Notes under the pieces: model-generated | Told to the model about the DNA's origin: nothing | The model's database searches: none | The model's input: the letters and a program-made list of their open reading frames with translations, nothing else | Program-made: the position numbers and the translations under genes | Assembly: GCA_021787535.1 (NCBI GenBank) | Contig: JAJYLR010000001.1 | Location: 19,648-83,647, forward strand | Direction: 5' to 3' | DNA length: 64,000 bases | Origin: a bacterium | GTDB lineage: Bacteria > Patescibacteriota > CPR2 > UBA1875 > JAJYID01 | Shown: positions 1 through 9,803 of the stretch, piece by piece | Layout: every line of letters begins with the position of its first letter | Position numbering within the stretch: the first letter of the stretch is position 1

Positions 1-930
1 TTAGGTATTGATTACCCCATTTTTCAAGGTGGGATGACCTGGGTGAGCGACGCAACGCTTGTTTCGGCGGTTTCAAACGCCGGCGGGCTAGGTATTATCG
101 GATCGGGGGCTATGCCCCCAAAAATTCTGCGGGAAGAGATTCAGAAAACACGCGAACTGACCAACCGGCCGTTCGGTGTCAATCTGATCATGCTTAATCC
201 GGAGTTTGATGATCAGCTCCAGGTAGTGCTTGAGGAGAAACCGGTCGCGGTGACTCTTGGCGCCGTTACGCTTCCGAGACCGGTTCCTGTTCTCAAGGAA
301 AATGGCATTAAGGTTATGCCGGTGGTTGCTGCAGCTTCTATTGCCCGAAAATGGGCCGAGAAAGGTGCGGATGCCATTATCGCGGAAGGTCAGGAAGCGG
401 GCGGACACATCGGGAAAACTGGAACCATGGTTTTGACCAGGAGCGTTGCTAAAGCCGTAAATGTTCCGGTGATCTCAGCCGGAGGCATAGCCGATGGCGC
501 AGGTATGGCAGCGGCCTTTGCTCTCGGAGCGGAAGGTATTCAGATGGGTACGCGTTTTCTCTGCTCCACGGATTGCGCCATTCATCCTGATACGAAAGCG
601 GTTTATCTAAAAACAGGGGAAAGGAAAACCGGAGTTTGCGCCCAAAGCATAGGATTACCTGTCAGAGTTATCAAAAACGATCTCGCGAAAATGTATGAAG
701 ATCTCGAAGGGCAGTACGCCAATGGCGATTGCTCGAAGCAAGATGTTGAAGAAGTGGGGCTCGGCAAGCTGCGTGAGGCAATGAGAGAGGGAAATATAAA
801 AAGCGGATCACTGATGTCCGGCGAGTGTGTTTCCTTGATATATGAGGAGCAATCAGCCAGAGAAATCATCCAGGAGGTAGCCAAAGACTGTATGGAAATT
901 CTTGCAGGGGCAGCTTTTGAACGGCTCTAA
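1..930 (+). CDS. fabK: Enoyl-ACP reductase II / nitronate monooxygenase family flavoprotein (5' end outside window)
   Basis: Frame is open from base 1 (LGIDYPIFQGGM); SNAGGLG, EGQEAGGH, AGGIADG and GIQMGTRF motifs of the FabK/NMO family. Confidence 0.8.
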   Translation, partial: LGIDYPIFQGGMTWVSDATLVSAVSNAGGLGIIGSGAMPPKILREEIQKTRELTNRPFGVNLIMLNPEFDDQLQVVLEEKPVAVTLGAVTLPRPVPVLKENGIKVMPVVAAASIARKWAEKGADAIIAEGQEAGGHIGKTGTMVLTRSVAKAVNVPVISAGGIADGAGMAAAFALGAEGIQMGTRFLCSTDCAIHPDTKAVYLKTGERKTGVCAQSIGLPVRVIKNDLAKMYEDLEGQYANGDCSKQDVEEVGLGKLREAMREGNIKSGSLMSGECVSLIYEEQSAREIIQEVAKDCMEILAGAAFERL

Positions 931-955
931 AAGCATACTTTTTCACACAAAATAA

Positions 956-985
956 AGGGCGGGGAACCAGATGATTCCCCGCCCT
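956..985. terminator. Bidirectional intrinsic terminator between convergent fabK and rpsT
   Basis: AGGGCGGGGAA...TTCCCCGCCCT stem with A/T-rich flanks. Confidence 0.7.
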
Positions 986-1004
986 AAAAGTTTTTTAAAA
1001 CAAA

Positions 1005-1325
1005 TTATTTTTTCTTTGCAGCAGGTTTTTTCTTAGCGGTTGTTTTCTTATCCGCTTTTACTTTTTTGCCCTCTTTCACCAGTTTTACAAGCCGGGACTT
1101 TTTTCTGGCAGCCGTATTTTTATGAATGACATTTTTCTTTGCCGCTTTATCCAGTGACTTATAAACTGCAGAAATTTTTTCCTGCATTTCTTTCTCGCTT
1201 AAAACACCGATGCCTTTTTTGACTGCTTTAACTTTGGCTTTATAGGCATCTTTAATAGCCCGGTTTCGGACTGTTCTGGTTCTGGTTTGGCGCATTTGTT
1301 TCTGCGCTGATTTAATTACTGGCAT
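1005..1325 (-). CDS. rpsT: 30S ribosomal protein S20 with Lys-rich tail
   Basis: MPVIKSAQK start and LDKAAKKNVIHKNTAARKKSRL motif. Confidence 0.95.
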   Translation of the reverse strand: MPVIKSAQKQMRQTRTRTVRNRAIKDAYKAKVKAVKKGIGVLSEKEMQEKISAVYKSLDKAAKKNVIHKNTAARKKSRLVKLVKEGKKVKADKKTTAKKKPAAKKK

Positions 1326-1446
1326 ATTATCCTTTTAAATTATTATATTTAGATAACAAAAGCTATTTTAACAAAAAACAAGTGGGTTGTAAAGGAAAAA
1401 TGCCCCGAAAATTTCGGGGCATTTCACGTTGTAAAACGCGGTCAGT

Positions 1447-1764
1447 TTATTCTGTGCAAGTTTTGATCCACAAGTTCCTAACGTAACTGATGGCAAACAA
1501 TATGATGTAGGTTGCAAATAGACTAACACAGAAGGAACCTATGATGCTTAATGGCTCATACTCGCTCATTTTGGTATTATCTGCAAATCGATAGTAATGG
1601 GTGATTACCGCAATTGCGTTTCCCAAACTAATGGCCATGAGGTAGAAACTGATTTTCCAGCCGCTTGGCCATTTTCTCGTTGAAATCGAGAACTGGATCA
1701 ACTAGTAACAAACCACTGCGCCGATTGAGTACAAAATAAGCTGCTGCCAGAGAGGCATTTTCAT
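1447..1764 (-). pseudogene. Small membrane protein gene with one in-frame TAG (1702-1704)
   Basis: GAAGGAG RBS, then MKMPLWQQLILYSIGAVVCY*LIQFS continuing in frame into the 1447..1701 ORF; hydrophobic segments. Confidence 0.55.
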
Positions 1765-1856
1765 CACTCCTTCACAATAGGTTCATTAACATATGCTAAA
1801 GTTTATAAATTATACCAAACTTTAGCGTTTTTTTCAATTCTTTTCCGATTAAATTA

Positions 1857-1885
1857 TTGACATCTTCTTTTATTTGAGATACACT
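1857..1885 (+). promoter_or_regulatory. sigma70-type promoter for the DHH gene
   Basis: TTGACA-17bp-TACACT. Confidence 0.55.
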
Positions 1886-1929
1886 TTTCTATTACCGTTT
1901 AAAACGGAGGGTAGAGAGATTTGAGTTAG

Positions 1930-3522
1930 ATGGAGCTTTCACCAAAGCAGCAAATAGTTGAGCTAATCAAAAAGTCGCAGGATATATTGCTTCTCGGGCA
2001 CGCGGGTCCGAGTGGAGACAGCATAGGATCTCTTTTGGCATTACATCGAGTTTTGAAAGATATCGGCAAAAATCCAAGCGTGGTTGTAAGTGATAAAATC
2101 CCAAGTGCTCTTGCATTTTTACCCGATATCTCGGAAATCAAGCAGGAACCGGAAGGGGCGAAAGATATTGTCCTCAAAGTCAAAATTAAAGATACTGGTA
2201 TAGAAAAGATCTCAACTCGAAGCGATGAGGAAACTCTGGATATCATTATTACGCCGCAAGACGGCAAGTTTGAGGCGAGCGATGTTGTGGTCGAAGCCGG
2301 CAAACCGAAATATGACTGCATCATGGTGCTTGACACGCCGGATGTAGATAAAATCGATCATGTTTACGATAGACACACCGAGCTTTTCTTTGAAACGCCG
2401 GTTGTAAACATTGATCATCATGCCGGCAATGAATATTTTGGCACGGTCAATCTGGTAGACCTGACTGCCACTTCTACGGCGGAGATCTTGGTGGCTATTT
2501 TTGAAGCGCTTGGAAAGCCGAAACCGGATGAGGATACGGCCACACTTCTTCTGGCCGGCATTACCGCTGACACGGCCAGCTTTAAAAATAATAATACCAC
2601 TCCGAAAACTATGACTGTGGCAGCACAGCTTCTGGCTGCCGGCGCGCATCAGCAGGAAATTATCCAGAATTTCTACAAAATGAAAAGCTTAAAAGCTTTG
2701 AAACTTTGGGGGAAAATACTTTCAAATGTTGAAAAAGATACGGACTTTCGCATTGTTTGGTCAAAACTTAGTTATCGAGATTTTTCCGGCGCGGATTCGA
2801 CACTGGATGAGGCAAAAGAAGTGATGGATAAAATGCTTGCCAATACCCCAAACGCAGATGTGGTCGCTCTTCTCACCGAGATAGACGAAAATATAACCAC
2901 TGTTTTCCTAAAGGGTGTCAAAGGGACGGATGTCTTGGAGATTGCCGAAGTTTTTCACGGACGGGGTACGGCTCGTGATGCGTCTTTTGAAATCAAAAAT
3001 ATGAGTTTAAGTTCGGCTGAAGAGAAAGTGCTGGGTGAGATTCGAAAGGTCAGATCAAAAAAACTAGGAAGGCCTATTAGAGAGACAGAGGAACTGCATA
3101 ATCGAATAACAAAAGAACAAGATACTGAAAAGATTGCAGGTGAAAATGATGGTACTGGAGAAAAAGAATCGGAAAGTGTTGCAAAAATACAAATATCAGG
3201 GCCAGAAACTCCCGAAGATAAACCGGAGGTTAAAGAAAGGGCAGCCGATGAACATCAGGCAGAGCAAGGAGATGCAATCTCGAAAGCAATAGAATCGCTT
3301 GAGGCAGCTGGCGAAAAAATTAGCGATGGAGAAGATAAGAAAAATACAGATGATCCGGCGCCGACCCAAAAGAAGCAGATTCAAAAAGACCCGGGTTCCT
3401 TAACTCACGTGTCTGAGGTTCTCAAAAAATTTAATCCTAACGATAAAAAGAAGCTTGAGGAATTTAAAGCTAAAAACGAACGCGCTAGAGAGAATCTGAA
3501 GAAAGAGAATGGAGAAAGATAA
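1930..3522 (+). CDS. DHH family phosphoesterase (NrnA-like) with long charged low-complexity C-terminal tail
   Basis: GDSIGS, VLDT, NIDHH and ADTASF motifs; upstream of truB as usual. Confidence 0.85.
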   Translation: MELSPKQQIVELIKKSQDILLLGHAGPSGDSIGSLLALHRVLKDIGKNPSVVVSDKIPSALAFLPDISEIKQEPEGAKDIVLKVKIKDTGIEKISTRSDEETLDIIITPQDGKFEASDVVVEAGKPKYDCIMVLDTPDVDKIDHVYDRHTELFFETPVVNIDHHAGNEYFGTVNLVDLTATSTAEILVAIFEALGKPKPDEDTATLLLAGITADTASFKNNNTTPKTMTVAAQLLAAGAHQQEIIQNFYKMKSLKALKLWGKILSNVEKDTDFRIVWSKLSYRDFSGADSTLDEAKEVMDKMLANTPNADVVALLTEIDENITTVFLKGVKGTDVLEIAEVFHGRGTARDASFEIKNMSLSSAEEKVLGEIRKVRSKKLGRPIRETEELHNRITKEQDTEKIAGENDGTGEKESESVAKIQISGPETPEDKPEVKERAADEHQAEQGDAISKAIESLEAAGEKISDGEDKKNTDDPAPTQKKQIQKDPGSLTHVSEVLKKFNPNDKKKLEEFKAKNERARENLKKENGER

Positions 3523-3590
3523 TAGGTGGTCAATCCAAGTTTGCCTACGATGTTACTGATTCTGTTTGTAATTTACATAAATCGTAATTT

Positions 3591-3760
3591 CTTTTTCCAC
3601 TTTTTTGGAAAAAGTGGAGTAAAAATCGCGGCTTTTGCGGCTTCTCAAAATGTCGTTTAAAGATTCGCTCAAATTTAGCAAATAACAACAAGCCGATTCC
3701 GGAAGTTATTTTCTAAAAGTTCTCTAATCTTATCACTCTTTTTTCGAACCGATAGCCGCA
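3591..3760. repeat. Structured intergenic element, copy A (relative at 20938-21112)
   Basis: TCCACTTTTTTGGAAAAAGTGGA hairpin, then AAAAAT, then long stem closed by GCGGCT...AGCCGC. Confidence 0.5.
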
Positions 3761-3847
3761 GGAATAAATTCAGCTCTCTTTGAAAAAATCATGCCGGGGG
3801 AAAGAATTTCGACTCGATAGTCGGATCTAAAGAGGTATAATTAAATC

Positions 3848-4498
3848 ATGCAAAAAGAAGGGATATATTTAATCGACAAACCAGCCGGGTGGACGAGTTT
3901 CGATGTGGTGGCAAAAATACGCTCTATTTCCGGCGTGAAATCTGTCGGCCATGCCGGGACACTCGATCCCTTTGCGACAGGGCTTCTCATTGTATTGATC
4001 GGAAAAGAATTGACCAAAAGGCAAAGCGAATTTATGCAGCTTGATAAAGAGTATGAGGCGGTGCTAAAGTTAGGTTTTGAAAGCACGACTGGTGATCCGG
4101 AAGGCGAAATTGTTGAAAGTAAAAAGGTAAAAATAAAAAGTAAAAAGGAAGTCGAAAATACTTTAGAGCAATTTGTTGGCGAGATCGAGCAGACTCCACC
4201 GGCGCACTCGGCCATTAAAATTGACGGCCAGCGGGCTTACAAAAAGGCGCGGAGGGGTGAGAAATTTGAAATACCTAAGCGCAAAATCACGATTTATTCT
4301 TTGTATTTGATCAGCTACGATTACCCTTATTTGAAGTTTCGCGTCAAATGTTCAAGCGGGACTTATATTCGTACTTTAGGACAAGATATTGCCGAGAGTT
4401 TAGGAACGAGAGGTTATCTTATAGAGCTCAGACGGACAAGGATTGGCAGATATGACATTGTAAATTCCCGTAAAATTGATGAAATAAATAAAGCTTAA
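3848..4498 (+). CDS. truB: tRNA pseudouridine(55) synthase
   Basis: DKPAGWTSFDVV, GHAGTLDPFATGLL and CSSGTYIRTL motifs. Confidence 0.97.
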   Translation: MQKEGIYLIDKPAGWTSFDVVAKIRSISGVKSVGHAGTLDPFATGLLIVLIGKELTKRQSEFMQLDKEYEAVLKLGFESTTGDPEGEIVESKKVKIKSKKEVENTLEQFVGEIEQTPPAHSAIKIDGQRAYKKARRGEKFEIPKRKITIYSLYLISYDYPYLKFRVKCSSGTYIRTLGQDIAESLGTRGYLIELRRTRIGRYDIVNSRKIDEINKA

Positions 4499-4570
4499 AC
4501 TAACTTTGCCTTGAAATGAAAACCGCTTTCGTGGTAAAATAAGATAAACTAAGCAGCGAAAGGAACGATT

Positions 4571-4837
4571 GTGTTAAAGAAAGAAGAAAAAGAAGAGATT
4601 ATTAAAGGCAGCGAAACTCATGAAGGCGACACCGGTTCGCCGGAAGTTCAAATTGCTATTTTTACTGAAAAGATTAAAAAATTAACCGAGCACTTAAAAA
4701 CCCACAAGAAAGACAATCATTCAAGGCGCGGGCTCTTAAAAATGGTTTCCAAAAGGCGAAAGCTGCTTGATTATTTAATGAATACGAACAAGAAGCGATA
4801 TACCGAAGTGGTTAAAAAACTGGGATTGAGAAAGTAA
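4571..4837 (+). CDS. rpsO: 30S ribosomal protein S15
   Basis: [10 protein letters not shown] and [15 protein letters not shown] motifs. Confidence 0.98.
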   Translation: MLKKEEKEEIIKGSETHEGDTGSPEVQIAIFTEKIKKLTEHLKTHKKDNHSRRGLLKMVSKRRKLLDYLMNTNKKRYTEVVKKLGLRK

Positions 4838-4985
4838 TTTAGAACATTAATAAATTAAATATTGAGAAACCGGAAATTTTAGCCGGGTAAGAAGAGTGGA
4901 TTAACATCGGCTCCTTGAACTCGTTTGAAATCTCCATTTCTCAGGAAAGGGCCCCGACGTTTCAGTCGGGGTAAAAAGGAAAAAA

Positions 4986-7085
4986 ATGGAGAAAAAATCT
5001 CTAGGAAAAGTCTCTCTGGAAGCAAAATCAGGAGACAAGAATTTTAAATTTGAAACAGGCAAATTAAACAAATTTGCTAGCGGATCGTGCGTCGTATCAA
5101 GCGGCGACTCTATTGTAATGGCAACGGTCGTGGTCTCGGAAGGAGTGAAGGAAGGTATCGATTACTTCCCTCTTTCAGTTGACTTCCAGGACAAATGGTA
5201 CGCAACCGGCAAGATCTCCGGTTCCAGGTTTGTCAAACGTGAAGGGCGCGGTTCGGAGCTCGGCATTTTGCGTTCCAGAATGATTGACAGGCCGATACGG
5301 CCAATGTTTCCGAAGGGATACATGAACGAAGTGCAGGTTATAGTTACTCCCCTTTCTATGGATTTGGAAATAGACCCTGTTGTTTTGGGCATGAACGCAG
5401 CTTCAGCTTCTCTGATGCTCAGTGGCGCGCCTTTTGAGGGGCCGATAAGTGCTGCCAGAGTTGGCCGGGTTGACGGTAAGCTCATCTTAAACCCAAGCTA
5501 CGAGGAAATGGAAAAATCAGATCTTGATATTTTGGTTGCCGGTACGAAAGAAGCCATTACGATGATTGAGGGTGGCGGAGATCAAGTCTCTGAAGACATT
5601 GTCGCCGAAGCACTCGAGTTTGCCCACAAAGGCATGCAGCCCTTGATTGAGGCGCAGGAAAAACTCATTAAAGAAATGAAGGTTAAAGCGCGTGAGTATG
5701 AACTGAATAAACCCCATGAAGGCGCATATCTTGCCATTACCAAATACCTGGAGGATAAGCTTGGCGAGGCAGTCAGACATCAGGACAAAATGGCTCGAAA
5801 CTTAATTATCAACGAGCTGGAAGACGTGGTTCATGAGCAATTCAAAGAAGAATTTGAAGAAGAGGAAATCTCCCTTGTGTTTGACAAGGTTATCAAAGAA
5901 GAAGTGAGAAAGGTAATACTTGAGGAAGGCATCCGTCCCGATCACAGGAAAATGGACGAAGTCAGGGCGCTGTCTGCTGAAGTCGGGTTACTACCGAGGA
6001 CTCACGGTTCAGGCCTCTTTACCCGTGGCGAAACACAGATTCTTTCCATCACCACACTCGCCTCTCCTTCGAAAGCCCAAATGATAGACTCAATGGATCA
6101 GGATTTCAACAAGCGCTACATCCACCATTACGTTGATACGGGCGCTTCATACGGTGATATCAAGCGGCTTGGCCCGGGCAGACGCGCCATCGGACACGGA
6201 TTTTTGGCTGAAAAGGCGCTTGAGCCGGTATTGCCTAAAGAAACAGACTTCCCTTACACCATTCGCGTTGTCAGTGAAATCTTATCCGAAAATGGCTCAT
6301 CCTCAATGGGTTCGGTTTGCGGTTCATCGCTGGCTCTTATGGATGCGGGCGTGCCTATCAAAGCGGCTGTTGCTGGTGTAGCCATGGGGCTGATGACCGA
6401 AGGCGGCGATCTTTCGAAGAAATACGTCATTTTGACCGACATTCAAGGAGCGGAGGACTTTGCCGGCGACATGGACTTCAAACTTGCCGGCACTAGAGGC
6501 GGCATGACCGCCATCCAGATGGACATCAAGGTCAAAGGTCTCACCCATGCGTTTTTGGTCGAGGTTATTAAGCGCGCCAAGGACGCCAGACTTCAGATCC
6601 TGGACGCTATGGACAAAGCCATTTCTGAGCCAAGAGGCGACCTTTCCGGTTACGCGCCTCGGCTGACTACTCTACACATTAATCCTGAAAAAATTCGCGA
6701 TGTTATCGGAAAAGGCGGGGAAATGATTAATAAAATTATTGCCGAGTGCAATGTCGAGATTGATATTGACGATGATGGAAATGTGGTTATCGCTGCGGTA
6801 AACGGTGAAAATGCCCAGAAAGCCATCGATTGGATTAAGTCAATCACGGCTGAGCCGGAAATTGGCAAAGTTTATAAAGGCAGAGTGGTCAAAATCATGG
6901 ACTTCGGCGCTTTTGTCGAGTTCATGCCAGGTAAGGAAGGCCTGGTTCACATCTCGCAGATTTCCCAGGAAAGGGTAAACAAAGTGACGGATGTGCTGAA
7001 AGAAGGGCAAGCTGTGGATGTGAAGCTGGTTGAGATCGACTCCCAAGGCCGAAATAATCTCTCCATGAAAGCAGTGAAGAAATAA
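4986..7085 (+). CDS. pnp: Polyribonucleotide nucleotidyltransferase
   Basis: Two RNase PH domains (IDRPIRP, RTHGSGLFTRGETQ, GDMDFK) plus KH and S1 domains; follows rpsO. Confidence 0.97.
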   Translation: MEKKSLGKVSLEAKSGDKNFKFETGKLNKFASGSCVVSSGDSIVMATVVVSEGVKEGIDYFPLSVDFQDKWYATGKISGSRFVKREGRGSELGILRSRMIDRPIRPMFPKGYMNEVQVIVTPLSMDLEIDPVVLGMNAASASLMLSGAPFEGPISAARVGRVDGKLILNPSYEEMEKSDLDILVAGTKEAITMIEGGGDQVSEDIVAEALEFAHKGMQPLIEAQEKLIKEMKVKAREYELNKPHEGAYLAITKYLEDKLGEAVRHQDKMARNLIINELEDVVHEQFKEEFEEEEISLVFDKVIKEEVRKVILEEGIRPDHRKMDEVRALSAEVGLLPRTHGSGLFTRGETQILSITTLASPSKAQMIDSMDQDFNKRYIHHYVDTGASYGDIKRLGPGRRAIGHGFLAEKALEPVLPKETDFPYTIRVVSEILSENGSSSMGSVCGSSLALMDAGVPIKAAVAGVAMGLMTEGGDLSKKYVILTDIQGAEDFAGDMDFKLAGTRGGMTAIQMDIKVKGLTHAFLVEVIKRAKDARLQILDAMDKAISEPRGDLSGYAPRLTTLHINPEKIRDVIGKGGEMINKIIAECNVEIDIDDDGNVVIAAVNGENAQKAIDWIKSITAEPEIGKVYKGRVVKIMDFGAFVEFMPGKEGLVHISQISQERVNKVTDVLKEGQAVDVKLVEIDSQGRNNLSMKAVKK

Positions 7086-7094
7086 TTCTCGAGT

Positions 7095-7123
7095 AAAAAA
7101 AGACCTCGAAAGGGGTCTTTTTT
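7095..7123 (+). terminator. Intrinsic terminator after pnp
   Basis: AAAAAAGACC-tcgaaagg-GGTCTTTTTT. Confidence 0.7.
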
Positions 7124-7137
7124 GATATAATCTGTTT

Positions 7138-7764
7138 ATGACACAAAAAGAAATTGTTCCGCATGATAGCAGATACATTGTTCTAACTCAGCAAAGTTTT
7201 TGTTGTCTTCCAACCTGTATCCAAATGGTTATGATTAGGCATAATATTCCGTTGGTTCAATCAGAAGAATTAGCTTATCACTTTGGTCTTTCTGTCACAA
7301 AAGAATTCAAACATTTATTTTGGAATCCAAGGTTGGTAGATAAACTACCGAAACAATACAGTGAACCAACAACCAGAATAAGTAAGCCGGAGTATGAACC
7401 AAACAAAGTTTTTAAGCAAATGGGTATTCCTCTAAGGTTTAGTCAAACTCTTATTAATCAGTTTAAAAAATTTAACGATTTTGAGGAATACCTAAAAGAA
7501 GCCATCAAAGAGGGACGAGATACTTTAATCTGCTTTGATTGGGAAATTGCAAATCCTGACTACTTTGATAATTACATTGGTGGTTATGGTCATGTTGCTC
7601 TTCTTGATAAACTGATTAATGATAAAGAAATCCGTTACATTGATCCTGAACATGGTTATTCGAAATGGCCAATTATAAAGATAGAAACCCTTTATGAAGC
7701 AATGAAAAGTCATGGTTCAGATAGGGGTGCCGGTTTTTGGGAATTAGAATACATTAAGGAGTAA
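7138..7764 (+). CDS. Peptidase C39-like (papain fold) protein
   Basis: QQSFCC, GHV and IDP spacing fits a Cys-His-Asp triad. Confidence 0.55.
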   Translation: MTQKEIVPHDSRYIVLTQQSFCCLPTCIQMVMIRHNIPLVQSEELAYHFGLSVTKEFKHLFWNPRLVDKLPKQYSEPTTRISKPEYEPNKVFKQMGIPLRFSQTLINQFKKFNDFEEYLKEAIKEGRDTLICFDWEIANPDYFDNYIGGYGHVALLDKLINDKEIRYIDPEHGYSKWPIIKIETLYEAMKSHGSDRGAGFWELEYIKE

Positions 7765-7766
7765 TT

Positions 7767-8225
7767 ATGGAAATACGAAAAGCAAAAATTGAAGATCTGA
7801 AAGAACTGCGGGAACTATACCATCAGTTCCTGATAGAGGACAATGATGGTACGTTTGATGCAGAGTGGGCATTTACAGAAAGAAGTACAGCGCTTTTGCG
7901 AGAACCTATAGAAAAAGAGAATGGGTTTGTTTATCTTTTTGAAGACAAGGGGAACTTAGCTGGATTTATAATTGGCTGGATGCTTGAGGCAAAAGAAAGC
8001 AGAAAAGAGGTGCTGCCGGCTAGGATTGATGAAATTTATATTGCGAAAGACTACCGAGGTCAGGGTGTTGGGAAAAAGTTGGCTAAGGAATTTGAAAAAT
8101 GGGCGAAAATCAAAGGTGCAAATAAGGTTAAGGTCGGTTCCTACTATGACAATAAGGCGGCCAGAAGATTGTATGAGAGTCTTGGATATAAAGAATGGGT
8201 TGTTGAATACGAAAAAGACTTATGA
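7767..8225 (+). CDS. GNAT family N-acetyltransferase
   Basis: YRGQGVGKKL acetyl-CoA motif A and NKAARRLYESLGY. Confidence 0.9.
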   Translation: MEIRKAKIEDLKELRELYHQFLIEDNDGTFDAEWAFTERSTALLREPIEKENGFVYLFEDKGNLAGFIIGWMLEAKESRKEVLPARIDEIYIAKDYRGQGVGKKLAKEFEKWAKIKGANKVKVGSYYDNKAARRLYESLGYKEWVVEYEKDL

Positions 8226-8707
8226 AAGTTGCGGTTTTTAGCGATGTGCATGACAACCTTGTTCGCTGGCGGGAAGCAGCGGAAATTGTTAAGCGTGAGA
8301 AAATCAAGATCGGCTTTTGCTGCGGGGATATTGGCGATTTAGATACAGTTAGCGAGGTGGCGAAATCTTTTGAAACTCTTTATTTGGCTTTGGGGAACTT
8401 AGATTTCAAGATTAAAAACGCAAGCGGATTATTTCCGGATAATGTGGTCTTCGCGCCGGATTTCGGCGAAGTCGTGCTTGATAAGCGCAAAATTGCCTAT
8501 GTTCACAACAATCGTACGGCCAAACAATTAGCCGAGTCTGGGAGATATGACATTGTGTTCTACGGCCACACCCATACGCCGTGGGAGGAAAAGATTGGTG
8601 CAACTCAATTAATCAATCCCGGTGAAGTCGCCGGCCAGTTCGGAAAAGCCAGCTTTGCCATTTTTGACTTGAAAACCCTAAAAGCCGAGCTCAAAATTTT
8701 GAAATAA
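8222..8707 (+). CDS. YfcE-like metallophosphoesterase
   Basis: SDVHDN, CGD, GN, GHTH and INPG motifs. Confidence 0.88.
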   Translation: MKVAVFSDVHDNLVRWREAAEIVKREKIKIGFCCGDIGDLDTVSEVAKSFETLYLALGNLDFKIKNASGLFPDNVVFAPDFGEVVLDKRKIAYVHNNRTAKQLAESGRYDIVFYGHTHTPWEEKIGATQLINPGEVAGQFGKASFAIFDLKTLKAELKILK

Positions 8708-8710
8708 TTC

Positions 8711-8739
8711 TTGACATATACCTCTGGATTTGCTATACT
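8711..8739 (+). promoter_or_regulatory. sigma70-type promoter with extended -10
   Basis: TTGACA-17bp-TATACT preceded by TG. Confidence 0.7.
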
Positions 8740-8831
8740 TGACCCAACGTTTTGAAGTTCTCGAGCATATAAATGATGAAATTTTGTTCTGCAAATTATA
8801 TTATTTAGGGTTTGATTTATGATTTTTATAT

Positions 8832-8950
8832 AGATTTTGAATCAGTTCAGAATGACAGAAAGGGGAGGATTCTGGACCCGCCTGCGTTTCACTACGGAAC
8901 GGACAGGCAAGCCAGAATGCCCCAAACACTTAATACTTAAGTAAGGGGCA
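8832..8950. repeat. Composite cluster of REP-like palindromes
   Basis: AGATTTTGAATCAGTTCAGAATGAC, then GATTCTGGAC[GCCTG..CAGGC insert]AAGCCAGAATG, then CCCC..ACTTAATACTTAAGT..GGGG. Confidence 0.6.
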
Positions 8951-8961
8951 GGCATAGGACT

Positions 8962-9606
8962 ATGGAAATAACTGATAAGGATATTTTAGGCGCTGATAGT
9001 ATTTCAGCTTTGAATGAGTTTGTTTCAAAGTGTGAGCGGTGTTCGCTGTTTAAAACAAAAACCAAAGATGTGCCGGGAGTCGGCAGCGAGACGGCCGATG
9101 TCATGTTTATCGGCGAAGCGCCGGGTAAGGATGAAGATCTGCAAGGCGAACCCTTTGTCGGACGGGCCGGGCAGCTCCTAACGGAATTAATTGAGAGCTT
9201 GGGTTGGCAGCGCAGTGATGTTTACATCGCAAATGTCCTAAAACACAGGCCGCCGAACAACCGCGATCCGTTGCCTGCCGAAGCCGAAGCCTGTTGGCCA
9301 TATCTGAAGCGCCAAATTGAAATTATTGATCCGAAGCTAATCGTATTTCTAGGCCGGCATGCTATGAATCGCTTCTTTCCGACGTTACAGATTTCAAAAC
9401 ATCACGGCAAGGCATTTAGAAAAGAATTTAACGGCCGGAAGCAAGTATTTTATGCGCTTTATCACCCGGCGGTAGCGCTTTATAACGGCTCAATGAAAGA
9501 GACATTGCAAACTGATTTTAATAGGATTCCTAAGATTCTAAAAAAGATAGATGAAGAAAATTTAAATAATAATGACAATCAACCTAAACAACAAAAACTA
9601 ATTTAG
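8962..9606 (+). CDS. Family 4 uracil-DNA glycosylase
   Basis: CERC Fe-S ligands, GEAPG, PFVGRAG, RPPNNR and YHPA motifs. Confidence 0.95.
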   Translation: MEITDKDILGADSISALNEFVSKCERCSLFKTKTKDVPGVGSETADVMFIGEAPGKDEDLQGEPFVGRAGQLLTELIESLGWQRSDVYIANVLKHRPPNNRDPLPAEAEACWPYLKRQIEIIDPKLIVFLGRHAMNRFFPTLQISKHHGKAFRKEFNGRKQVFYALYHPAVALYNGSMKETLQTDFNRIPKILKKIDEENLNNNDNQPKQQKLI

Positions 9607-9651
9607 GTTGTTATCCTGAAACATGGCTTTAGACCCCAATCTTATTGATAT

Positions 9652-9677
9652 AGATTCCGGATCAAGTCCGGAATGAC
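9652..9677. repeat. GTCAT-family REP-like palindrome (single arm)
   Basis: AGATTCCGGATCAAGTCCGGAATGAC. Confidence 0.75.
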
Positions 9678-9803
9678 AAATATATGAATTAATAATAAAA
9701 TTAAGAACTCTAAAGGCCATTAAATTGGCAGACCAATCTACGCTAAAGCGGAGTTTATCCGACCCCTGGCGGAGGCAGGCAGAAAGGAAAAATTAATAAC
9801 AAA

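Noticed and set aside
1702-1704. TAG stop-codon recoding
   Set aside because: TAG ends conserved genes at expected positions (e.g. rnj at 11603), and only one internal case was seen
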